DNA of 44,362 bases, from the NCBI GenBank assembly GCA_905216105.1, contig CAJMSG010000001.1, positions 1 to 44,362 of the forward strand, given 5' to 3'. Every line of letters begins with the position of its first letter. Positions within the stretch are counted from its first letter, which is position 1. Source of the DNA: an uncultured bacterium (GTDB lineage Bacteria > Actinomycetota > Coriobacteriia > Coriobacteriales > Coriobacteriaceae). A model generated the notes under the pieces. It was given only the letters and a program-made list of their open reading frames with translations. It did not search any database and was not told the DNA's origin. Below are positions 19,333 to 31,932 of the stretch, piece by piece. A program made the translations under genes and the position numbers.

Positions 19333-19382
19333 GTGAACGTTCACTATACTAATTCATTGCGACTTAAAAGGTGAACGTTCAC
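19333..19382. promoter_or_regulatory. Two perfect GTGAACGTTCAC operators upstream of uxaC (19333-19344, 19371-19382)
   Basis: Perfect palindromes 38 bp apart flanking an AT-rich promoter segment. Confidence 0.8.
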
Positions 19383-19487
19383 CTAACCACCATGGGGTGA
19401 ACGGTCGATTTTGCCCGTTCAACGGTTACTGGAGCCGTGACTTGTATGTATTGCGAATTGGCAGGCGTCCCCGAATACCGAACTTGA

Positions 19488-19739
19488 GCGTTTTGGTCAG
19501 GTGGGTCATGTTCAGCCGTGCATTTTTGGGAGTATTCAGCATCGGAGCGCACCGCGCACCGTCCTCAATGCCCTACTCGATATGCATATTGCGCCCAATC
19601 GGCATAAAAAAGTGCCGCCGATGGCGATTTACGCCATCGGCGGCACTCAAAACAGTCGTTCTGAGCCTCTTTCGGGACACGCCATTGCTGAATACTCCAA
19701 AAAATGCACGTCGCAAGAGGGGGTACCTGACCAAACGGC
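19488..19739. repeat. Nested inverted-repeat element (MITE-like or structured)
   Basis: 25-bp arms at 19517-19541 and 19686-19710 (1 mismatch), outer TTTGGTCAGGT/ACCTGACCAAA arms, central 16-bp hairpin. Confidence 0.6.
19605..19647 (-). terminator. Intrinsic terminator of the LacI gene, nested inside a larger inverted-repeat element
   Basis: AGTGCCGCCGATGGCG-N5-CGCCATCGGCGGCACT with an A6 run on the left. Confidence 0.7.
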
Positions 19740-20818
19740 TAAATTCCCGCAAGCTCGCAGTAGCGGTCGACGTTGCTGGCAAACACCATCTCCACAGCAC
19801 CCTTCTGCACGGGCTCCGCCGGAGTTTTACCCCACAGCAGATACTCGCCCAAGGTCTTGGCGCCACGGTAGGCCAGGCTCACCGGGTCCTTATAGACAAT
19901 ATTGGTAAAGATGCCACGGCGCAAGGCCAAGGCGCTCTCGGGGAACAGGTCGTTGCCGATTACCATGACCTTGCCGGCCTTGCCGCTTGAAACAAGCGCG
20001 TCGGCGACCACCTCGGAACCAACGGCAAAAACGCTACAGATGAGCTCGGGAGCATCCGGCGCACTCAAGCGCTGCTCAAGCTCGCGCTCGAGCTGTTTGA
20101 CTTGCGCATGGGCGCCGGCAAGGTCCTCAACCTGCCATGGAATATCGTGTTCGCGCAGGTAATTATGAAAGGCGCGGGCGGTCAGGTAGTGTGAATCGGT
20201 ATAGGGGTCGCCCGCCAACAGGAGCACGCGGGCGTCAGCCCCAGAAGCGTGGACCAGATTTGCCGCCTGCTCTGCCATAAGACTGCCCGCCGCGGAATAG
20301 TCCGCCAGACTGGCACCCAGGCGATCGAGGTGTGGGCGGTCGCCGTCTACGAGCTCGATTGTCACGCCCGCCTCGGCAATCTGCCTCAAGAGCTCGGTCG
20401 CGCGGTCATCACCCGGAACATAGGCAAGCAGACCATCGATCTTCTCGCCTACCTGCAGACGCTCATCGATCTGCTCGAGCGCATCGGCGTAGCCACCCAC
20501 GCCAAATTCAACGCGCTCAACCGTAATGCCCCGGTCGATGACCTCCTGCTCAAAGCGGTTGCAGCCTTCCCAAAGGTAACGGAAAAAGTACGCCCCCTCG
20601 CACGATGCGCGGGGCAGGCAAAACACCAGGTTGATATCCTTGCGGCGCAGGCTCGAGGCACTCGTATTGCGATGGTAACCCATGGCCTCGGCCTTAGCAT
20701 TCACCTTGGAGCGCACGGATTCGCTCACGCCGGCCTTACCCGTCAGGGCCTTGTGCACGGTATTGATGGAAACGCCAAGCTCGGCGGCTATGTCCTTCAT
20801 GGTTACGCGAGCGCTCAT
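19739..20818 (-). CDS. LacI-family regulator, probable repressor of the pectin/uronate locus
   Basis: N-terminal HTH VTMKDIAAELGVSINTVHKAL plus periplasmic-binding-protein-like domain; adjacent to uxaC. Confidence 0.88.
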   Translation of the reverse strand: MSARVTMKDIAAELGVSINTVHKALTGKAGVSESVRSKVNAKAEAMGYHRNTSASSLRRKDINLVFCLPRASCEGAYFFRYLWEGCNRFEQEVIDRGITVERVEFGVGGYADALEQIDERLQVGEKIDGLLAYVPGDDRATELLRQIAEAGVTIELVDGDRPHLDRLGASLADYSAAGSLMAEQAANLVHASGADARVLLLAGDPYTDSHYLTARAFHNYLREHDIPWQVEDLAGAHAQVKQLERELEQRLSAPDAPELICSVFAVGSEVVADALVSSGKAGKVMVIGNDLFPESALALRRGIFTNIVYKDPVSLAYRGAKTLGEYLLWGKTPAEPVQKGAVEMVFASNVDRYCELAGI

Positions 20819-20962
20819 GGGGTTACTCCGTTATAGATAAGTTGCCAATTAACAGTACAGGTAACGATACCCCAAAATCACTCTTCAACTCGCCGCGCTC
20901 GCCGCCAAATGTGCAAAGCGCCCCGCGAACGGATGCTCGCGGGGCGCCTGGATGCCTGGACC

Positions 20963-21163
20963 TTATTTGATACCGCGGCCCAGGTCTTCGGCAATTTTGT
21001 CCACGCCCTTAAGCGCGGCGCACGTCTTTTTGTTGGAGCAATGTCCCGTGCAAACGCCACCTTGAGCGCAGTCGGCGCAGGTGCCCTTGCGATAAATGCG
21101 CACGCACACGGCGACAAACGCAATGCCGATAACAGCCAGTACAACAATATCGATAGGTGCCAT
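20963..21163 (-). CDS. FeoB-associated Cys-rich small membrane protein
   Basis: One N-terminal TM helix, then CADC..C..HC..C; GGAGG RBS; lies downstream of feoB. Confidence 0.8.
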   Translation of the reverse strand: MAPIDIVVLAVIGIAFVAVCVRIYRKGTCADCAQGGVCTGHCSNKKTCAALKGVDKIAEDLGRGIK

Positions 21164-21276
21164 AGCAAGCCTCCTCTAGTTAACCACCACTTACTTTACC
21201 CCATTCTCCACCTACCAAAAAGGGACAGGTTTATTTTGGTCGGTTTTATCTGCGGAAACGCCACATCTCCCCCACC

Positions 21277-21310
21277 AAAAAGCCCGAGTGTCGCTGGGAC
21301 ACCCGGGCTC
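21277..21310 (-). terminator. Intrinsic terminator after feoB
   Basis: AGCCCGAGTGTC-loop-GACACCCGGGCT stem with an A-run on the left. Confidence 0.6.
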
Positions 21311-21338
21311 GTGTAAAGGGGCTAATCCTTATTCGGAC

Positions 21339-23666
21339 TTAAGCGGAAACTGCGGCGGAAGCGGTGTTGGTCTCATCCTCGTCGGTCCAAGCGTGCTTGG
21401 GCATGGGACGGAAGATCTGGAAGAGCATCGCAACCAGCAGCACGATGGCCACAACCGTCCAGATACCAAACTGGCCAAGGACAAGCAGGTTGTAGAACTG
21501 GTTGATGAACAGGCCGATGACCCAAGCGAAGGCGCACTCGTAGCCGATGGCAATCGCGGTCCACTTGCCGGAGTCCATCTGATTGCGGATAGTGCCCATG
21601 GCGGCAAAGCACGGGGCGCACAGCAGGTTGAAAGCGCCGAAGGCAACGCAGGCGCCCATAGTCGGGAACATGCCGGCAAACGCGGTCCACAGGCTCGGGT
21701 CGGTCTCGGCGGCGTCAGCAACCGACAGCAGCGAGCCGGCGGTGGCGACGACGTTCTCCTTGGCGACAAGGCCAGAGACAGTCAGCGCAGTTGCCTGCCA
21801 GGTGCTAAAGCCGAGCGGGGCGAAGATCCAAGCGACCAGGTTGCCGAGCATGGCAAGCACGGAGTAGTCCATAAACTCCTCGGGGATGCCGTCCATCGCA
21901 GGCAGGAAGCCAAAGGAACCGTTATAGCTACCAAAGTTGGAGAGGAACCAAACGACGACGGTGGACGCGAAGATGACCGTGCCGGCCTTCTTGATAAAGG
22001 CCCAGCAGCGTTCCCACACGTGCAGCGCCCAAGAGCGGATCGCCGGGAAGTGGTAGGCAGGAAGCTCCATAACGAACGGCGTCGGACGGCCGGCGAAGAG
22101 CTTGGTCTTCTTGAGCATGAGGCCCGAGGCGATGACGGCAAAGACGCCCAGGAAGTAGAAGAGCGGGCTGATCCATGCGGCGGTGGTGGAAGAATCGCCG
22201 ATGATGGAGCCCATGAGCAGGGCGATGATCGGCAGCTTGGCGCCACAGGGAATGAACGTGGTGGTCATGACCGTCATGCGGCGGTCCTTCTCGTTCTCGA
22301 TGGTCTTGGTGGCCATGACGCCGGGGACGCCGCAGCCCGAGGACACGAGCATGGGGATAAAGGACTTACCGGACAGGCCAAAGCGGCGGAACACGCGGTC
22401 CATGATGAAGGCGACGCGGGCCATGTAGCCGCAGTCCTCCAGGAAAGACAACATCACAAAGAGCAGGAACATCTGCGGCACAAAGCCGAAGATGGCGCCC
22501 AGGCCGCCGACGATGCCGTCGCAGACCAGCGAATCGACCAGGCCACCGTCCTCGGTGCCGCCCGCCACAAGGGCGTCGTGCACCACGGTGGTGATACCCG
22601 GGACATAGGGGCCGTACTGCGCCGGGTCGACCGAGTCGGCGTTGTCGCCCGCAGCCTCAACAGCTGCGTCATAGGCGTCGCGGCCCTGACCGAGCACGTA
22701 CCAACCGTCGGTACCGAAGAGCTGGTCGTTGGTGAAGTCGGTCACCGTGCCGCCCAGGGTGGAAACGGCGATGTAGTACACGCAGAACATGATGACCACA
22801 AAGATCGGCAGGCCCAGGATACGGTTGGTAACCACACGGTCGATCTTCTCGGAAGTGCTCATCTTGGCAGGAGCCTTGGTGAGGCACTCATCGATGATGT
22901 GCGCGATGACGCCATAGCGCTCACCGGTGATGATGGACTCGGCATCGTCGTCGCAGTCCTGCTCGCACTGGGCGACCAGCTCCTCCACGCGAGCAGCCTT
23001 CTCCTTAGTGAGGTTGATGAGCTTGCAGGCGTCCGCGTCGCGCTCGAACAGCTTGACCGCGTAGTAGCGACGCTTGTTGGCGGGAACGCTCGCCGGCAGG
23101 TTGTTCTCGATGTGGTCCAGAACGTCCTCGATGGAGGAATCGAACTTGTGCTCCGGCACCTGGCCCTTGGAAGCAGCGGACTTCTTGACCTGCTCGAACA
23201 GCTCCGTGATGCCCTTGTTCTTAAGAGCCGAGATCATCATGACCGGGCAGCCGAGCTTCTTGGAGAGCTTGTCCGTGTCGATCTTATCGCCGTTCTTCTC
23301 GACCAAGTCGGCCATGTTGAGGGCGACGACCACGGGCAGGCCGGTCTCGATAACCTGAAGCGCCAGGTACAGGTTGCGCTCGAGGTTGGTGGCATCGACC
23401 ACCTGGACGACGACATCGGGCTCGCCGCTCATGAGGTAGTCGCGCGAGCACTGCTCCTCGGGGCTGTAGGGGGAAAGCGAGTAGATGCCGGGGAGGTCCG
23501 TGATGGTAACGTTCTTGTCGCTCAGGAGCTTGGCTTCCTTTTTCTCAACCGTGACACCGGGCCAGTTGCCAACGTAGCCGTTGGCGCCGGTGATCAGGTT
23601 GAAAAGCGTGGTCTTGCCGCAGTTGGGGTTACCCGCCAGCGCGACATGGATCTGAGAATCCGCCAT
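21339..23666 (-). CDS. feoB: Ferrous iron transporter B
   Basis: GNPNCGKT, VGNWPGVTVE, DLPG and NMAD G-motifs; LEDCGYMAR and FIPCGAK membrane motifs. Confidence 0.97.
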   Translation of the reverse strand: MADSQIHVALAGNPNCGKTTLFNLITGANGYVGNWPGVTVEKKEAKLLSDKNVTITDLPGIYSLSPYSPEEQCSRDYLMSGEPDVVVQVVDATNLERNLYLALQVIETGLPVVVALNMADLVEKNGDKIDTDKLSKKLGCPVMMISALKNKGITELFEQVKKSAASKGQVPEHKFDSSIEDVLDHIENNLPASVPANKRRYYAVKLFERDADACKLINLTKEKAARVEELVAQCEQDCDDDAESIITGERYGVIAHIIDECLTKAPAKMSTSEKIDRVVTNRILGLPIFVVIMFCVYYIAVSTLGGTVTDFTNDQLFGTDGWYVLGQGRDAYDAAVEAAGDNADSVDPAQYGPYVPGITTVVHDALVAGGTEDGGLVDSLVCDGIVGGLGAIFGFVPQMFLLFVMLSFLEDCGYMARVAFIMDRVFRRFGLSGKSFIPMLVSSGCGVPGVMATKTIENEKDRRMTVMTTTFIPCGAKLPIIALLMGSIIGDSSTTAAWISPLFYFLGVFAVIASGLMLKKTKLFAGRPTPFVMELPAYHFPAIRSWALHVWERCWAFIKKAGTVIFASTVVVWFLSNFGSYNGSFGFLPAMDGIPEEFMDYSVLAMLGNLVAWIFAPLGFSTWQATALTVSGLVAKENVVATAGSLLSVADAAETDPSLWTAFAGMFPTMGACVAFGAFNLLCAPCFAAMGTIRNQMDSGKWTAIAIGYECAFAWVIGLFINQFYNLLVLGQFGIWTVVAIVLLVAMLFQIFRPMPKHAWTDEDETNTASAAVSA

Positions 23667-23741
23667 TCAATCCTTCTTCCTTGTGTGCCCGCGCTGCTTT
23701 CTCCGCGCAGGCTGGATAATGTGCTTCAAAGATGCTGCATT

Positions 23742-23761
23742 AAGTTAGAAAAACCTAACTT
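23742..23761. promoter_or_regulatory. Candidate DtxR/MntR-family metal-repressor box AAGTTAG-N6-CTAACTT upstream of feoB
   Basis: Perfect 7-6-7 inverted repeat in an AT-rich intergenic region; related boxes at 21177-21196 and 24336-24355. Confidence 0.62.
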
Positions 23762-23789
23762 TATCTGCAGAAATATGTGCCGCCGGCCC

Positions 23790-24011
23790 TTACTGGACCT
23801 CGACGACGGCAGCCTCCTCCTTGCGGATGGAGAGCTCGTAGCCACGCACGTTGATCTCGACCGGATCTCCGAGCGGTGCAACCTTTACGACCTTGAACGA
23901 AGTGCCCTTGATGAGCCCCAGGTCCATAAGGTGGCGGCGAAGCGCACCCTCACCGTGAAGCTTGACGATGGTGGAGCTCTCGCCCACCTTAACGTCACCC
24001 AACGTCTTCAT
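23790..24011 (-). CDS. feoA: FeoA protein
   Basis: RHLMDLG, APLGDP and LSIRKEEA. Confidence 0.93.
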   Translation of the reverse strand: MKTLGDVKVGESSTIVKLHGEGALRRHLMDLGLIKGTSFKVVKVAPLGDPVEINVRGYELSIRKEEAAVVEVQ

Positions 24012-24048
24012 TTACTTGTCCCCCTTTCGGTTTTTTAAATGCTGCGGA

Positions 24049-24291
24049 CTAACTGACGGTCATGATGTGCATGGCAACCTTGGAATCGATACCAAAGCGT
24101 GCGCCCAGCACCGTGACGATGATATTGGCGCCACTCGAGCTCACCACGTGAATTTCGCTGCCCTCGACAAAGCCGAGGTCCTTGAGGTGGTGCTTCATAT
24201 CCTCATTGCCCTTTACACGAGACACGCGCACGGTTTCGCCCGCTTTTACCATCGAAAGCGGCATTGCCGGCATCTGCGGTCCGCAAGACAT
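24049..24291 (-). CDS. feoA: FeoA-family protein (first copy)
   Basis: MPLSM..GE, HLKDLGFVEG SH3-like pattern; start could be a downstream Met. Confidence 0.85.
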   Translation of the reverse strand: MSCGPQMPAMPLSMVKAGETVRVSRVKGNEDMKHHLKDLGFVEGSEIHVVSSSGANIIVTVLGARFGIDSKVAMHIMTVS

Positions 24292-24433
24292 GAGTGGCTC
24301 CTAACGTCAGTTCGTCCTCAACATCGACGCGGTAAAAGTTAACCACATCTATGTTCGCTTTAGTAAACTAGCACGTGGTTAACTTTTTGGAAAGGGTCCC
24401 CATTTAGATTCCGAAAAAGTTTCCTATACGAAA

Positions 24434-24470
24434 CAAAAAGGCGCGGCAAAGAGCTGTCCTTTGCCGCGCC
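24434..24470 (-). terminator. Intrinsic terminator after the HPr-like gene
   Basis: GGCGCGGCAAAG-loop-CTTTGCCGCGCC with an A5 run on the left. Confidence 0.72.
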
Positions 24471-24479
24471 CTGTCATGC

Positions 24480-24728
24480 TTAGAGCGAGAGGTTTCTGAT
24501 CGACGTGACGCAGGAAGCCTCGTCTACGCCCGAAACGCGGAAGATGATGTCCTCGCCGCACTCGCCGTAGAGAGCCATGAGCCCCATTACATCGCGGCCG
24601 TCGGTATGGCGATCGCCGATACTGACCGATACGTTGCTACGATGCTTGGCAATGATGTCGTAAAGCAGCGCAACCGGGCGGGCATGCAGTCCCAACGGAT
24701 CTTTAATCGTCTTTGTAAACTCGACCAT
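24480..24728 (-). CDS. HPr-family phosphocarrier protein (paralogue)
   Basis: GLHARP His15 motif, about 82 aa; ATG at 24728 with GGAGGGG RBS. Confidence 0.85.
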   Translation of the reverse strand: MVEFTKTIKDPLGLHARPVALLYDIIAKHRSNVSVSIGDRHTDGRDVMGLMALYGECGEDIIFRVSGVDEASCVTSIRNLSL

Positions 24729-25071
24729 GTCCCCTCCCGCGGCATCGCACATTCGGCCGGCAAACCCAGCCACGTGGTAGTTATTGTAGCGTTAGATGCT
24801 TGTCGAGAGCTCCTCTGAACACCTCGTGGGCAAAAAGTGGCAAATATGAGTACTGTCACCAATTTAGTAGCAGCAAAATCGAGAGCAAAGTGCCTACTTT
24901 GAGCGATTCGAAGAGGTTGAAAGCCGTCAAACGCCCTTTAAAGGGGGTTAGATAAATTGATTTTGAGCCCATTTTCGCTCAGAACGGGCCGAAAAATATG
25001 ACACCTCTTTTGCAACAGTACTCATATTTGGCATTTTTTGACCACGGGGTCCAAAACCATGTCCCAAAACA

Positions 25072-25102
25072 CAAAAGGAGGGGCCTCGTAAGGCCCCTCC
25101 TT
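25072..25102 (-). terminator. Intrinsic terminator after the APC permease
   Basis: AAAAGGAGGGGCCT-CGTA-AGGCCCCTCCTT. Confidence 0.78.
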
Positions 25103-25149
25103 AGGAAAGGGAATCGATTTATTCCACAGCCGCAGATTAATCCTAGCCG

Positions 25150-26625
<1,476 letters not shown>

Positions 26626-26766
26626 TCATCCGTTATATCTCATCTAAAACCGTCCGGACTGCAAGCGCAATCGTGGACGGCGCACCTGCTAAGGGGAATG
26701 GGGAAAAGGGAGTCAACAAAGCCATCCCCCTTAACGGCGCTAAGCAAACGCCCAAACGGACGAATA

Positions 26767-27222
26767 CTACTTGTTGGGGAAGGAATAACCTTCAACCGTC
26801 ACGTGCAGTACCACGACGCGGGAATCCGCGACATCGGCCACGACACGGTAGGCCTCGTCAACTTCGACGACGGCAACGCCGCCGGCGGGAATCGTCACGG
26901 TCTCCCCCGCCCCCTCAAAGCGCTCGCGATCGTCGATATCGCTGTAAGTGCGCGTGCAGGTAAGATCCGCCTTGGAAGCCACCTCGACGGTCAGGTCGCC
27001 GTCGAACGGAGCGAGCACGGCATGGTAGCGACGGTGACCGACCAGATCGGCGGTAGCGGCCTCGCGGGCATAGACCCACCAGTACACCAACGAGTCGCCG
27101 ATGGAGTAAGCCACGTCGTGCTGCAGGTCGGCAACGCCATCGAGCGCCTGACCGGTGCGCATCCACTTCTTGACGGACTTCATCTGAGCGTCGAAATCGA
27201 CGCGCGAGTTAAAGACATGCAT
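26767..27222 (-). CDS. ebgC: Evolved beta-galactosidase beta subunit (YhcH/YjgK/YiaL family)
   Basis: YSIGDSL, GHRRY, YSD..DRE and VTVEG; directly after ebgA. Confidence 0.85.
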   Translation of the reverse strand: MHVFNSRVDFDAQMKSVKKWMRTGQALDGVADLQHDVAYSIGDSLVYWWVYAREAATADLVGHRRYHAVLAPFDGDLTVEVASKADLTCTRTYSDIDDRERFEGAGETVTIPAGGVAVVEVDEAYRVVADVADSRVVVLHVTVEGYSFPNK

Positions 27223-27225
27223 GAC

Positions 27226-30249
<3,024 letters not shown>

Positions 30250-30265
30250 TCATCGTAGTGATTCT

Positions 30266-30370
30266 TGTGCAACCGGTTGTCCTTATCTTACGGGCGATGC
30301 AAAATACTGTGCAACCGGTTGTCCGCTGAACGGTCGATTTGGTCGGTTTAACGGTGCAACCGGTTGTACA
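30266..30370. promoter_or_regulatory. Three LacI-type operators GCAACCGGTTGT (cores 30269-30280, 30311-30322, 30356-30367)
   Basis: Identical cores containing palindromic CAACCGGTTG, spaced 42 and 45 bp, between ebgA and the divergent LacI gene. Confidence 0.8.
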
Positions 30371-30610
30371 ACCGCGACACTTATGTCACCCTGAGTATCG
30401 AAACTCAGCGCAAGACATCGTTCTTAAGCTCGTAGGCAACCGCCACGCCCGCTGATATCTCACCCATACGAGACGTATTCGATTGCGGCTTGGTTGCAAA
30501 ACGACACCGGTCACCGGATACCATGAACGCTGTTCAGGCGCACTATAGTAAGCTGTATCCGCACCAGCCCGCATCAGTGACAACATCGACCGCATTTTCC
30601 AGGAGACGCC

Positions 30611-31627
30611 ATGACCCAACCAGTTCGCACCGCACCTACGCTTGCCGAGGTTGCCGCAGCTGCCGGCGTGTCGCGCTCCACGGCATCGCGCGCTCTCAAC
30701 GATTCGCCCCGCATTAGCGAGGAAACCAAAAAGCGCGTCCGCGCGGCGGCCAAGAAAGTCAATTTTGTCCCCAACGCTCGTGGCCGAGCGCTCGCTGTCG
30801 GGCGCACGGAAATCATCGCCGTGCTCGTGACCGAGCCCCTGAGTGAACTCTTCAGCGACCCCACCTATAGCGAGTTTTTGAGCGGCATTACCGAGGAACT
30901 GTCGGAGTCGTCCTATCTGCCCGTTATCTTGCAGGCGTCTTCTACGCATGAGCGCAACCGCGCACGCGAGCACTTTGAGCGCCGCTCGTTCGACGCCGTG
31001 ATCGACGTCTCCCCCTACAAGGGCAGCGAGCTGCTCGAGGTGCTGCGCGAGCTGGGCGTACCCACCGTGTTGTGCGGCCAGCTCGAGGGCCACCCCTATC
31101 GCGATGTGTTCTCGACGGTCTACTCTGACGACGAAGAGGGCGGACGCTTTGCGGCACTCGCCATGAAGGAACGCGGGCGCAAAGATATCGTCGCCGTGTT
31201 GGGACCGCAAGACAACCCCGCTGTTGTCGACCGCCTGCGCGGCTACCGTGCCGTCTTGGGCGAAGACCTCCCAGACGCAAACGTTATCTATACCGGCTGG
31301 AACAACGGAGACGGCTATCAGGCCATGCACCAGATCCTCGCGCGCGAGATTGCTTTCGATGGCGTGCTCTGCGGATCGGACCGTATCGCGGCTGGCGTCA
31401 TCACCGCACTCAACGAGGCAGGCCTATCCGTTCCGGCGGACGTTTCTGTCGTCGGCTTCGACGATCACGAGGTTGCGACGCGCTGCGTCCCCGCGCTCAC
31501 GACCGTCCGCCAGCCCCTGCGCGAAGAAGGCCACATGGCCGCCAACATTGCGCTCGACATGATCAAGGGTGCCGAGCCCACCACCTCCGTGATGCACATG
31601 CAGCTGATCCAGAGAGACTCGCTATAA
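30611..31627 (+). CDS. LacI-family regulator of the ebg operon
   Basis: PTLAEVAAAAGVSRSTASRALN HTH, SVVGFDD and LTTVRQP; divergent from ebgA. Confidence 0.92.
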   Translation: MTQPVRTAPTLAEVAAAAGVSRSTASRALNDSPRISEETKKRVRAAAKKVNFVPNARGRALAVGRTEIIAVLVTEPLSELFSDPTYSEFLSGITEELSESSYLPVILQASSTHERNRAREHFERRSFDAVIDVSPYKGSELLEVLRELGVPTVLCGQLEGHPYRDVFSTVYSDDEEGGRFAALAMKERGRKDIVAVLGPQDNPAVVDRLRGYRAVLGEDLPDANVIYTGWNNGDGYQAMHQILAREIAFDGVLCGSDRIAAGVITALNEAGLSVPADVSVVGFDDHEVATRCVPALTTVRQPLREEGHMAANIALDMIKGAEPTTSVMHMQLIQRDSL

Positions 31628-31628
31628 G

Positions 31629-31833
31629 AAACTGAGGCAGGCTTTCCGCCAGACAGTTGTTGCGGAAAGCCTGCCACGTTTTGAGCGCTCATTCTGGGGC
31701 ACAGTTTCCGTTAGACAGTTCAACCGGAAACTGTGCCCCATTATTTTGCCGAATTCTGGGTCGCGCTTTCCCAGAGGACCCCCTTTGGGAAAGCGCGACC
31801 CGTTCTGGACCCAGATTCCGGGACGCACTTTCC
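31629..31833. repeat. Tandem array of 62-bp hairpin units (three complete, one partial)
   Basis: Units start at 31632, 31694, 31756 and 31818; each complete unit has TTTCC-N16-GGAAA inside a 14-16 bp stem. Confidence 0.8.
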
Positions 31834-31875
31834 GCGACGCCCGGTCACCCCATGTCCTCACAATCTCGGCGTATA

Positions 31876-31910
31876 AAAAACGAGGGAAGGCACACGTCCT
31901 TCCCTCGTTG
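31876..31910. terminator. Intrinsic terminator downstream of aspS
   Basis: AAAAACGAGGGAAGG-N7-CCTTCCCTCGTT. Confidence 0.78.
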
Positions 31911-31932
31911 CAAGCAATATGTAGCCGCTTGC

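Noticed and set aside
31629..31833. CRISPR array interpretation of the 62-bp units
   Set aside because: No identical repeat alternating with unique spacers, variation lies within the paired stems, and there are no cas genes in the window
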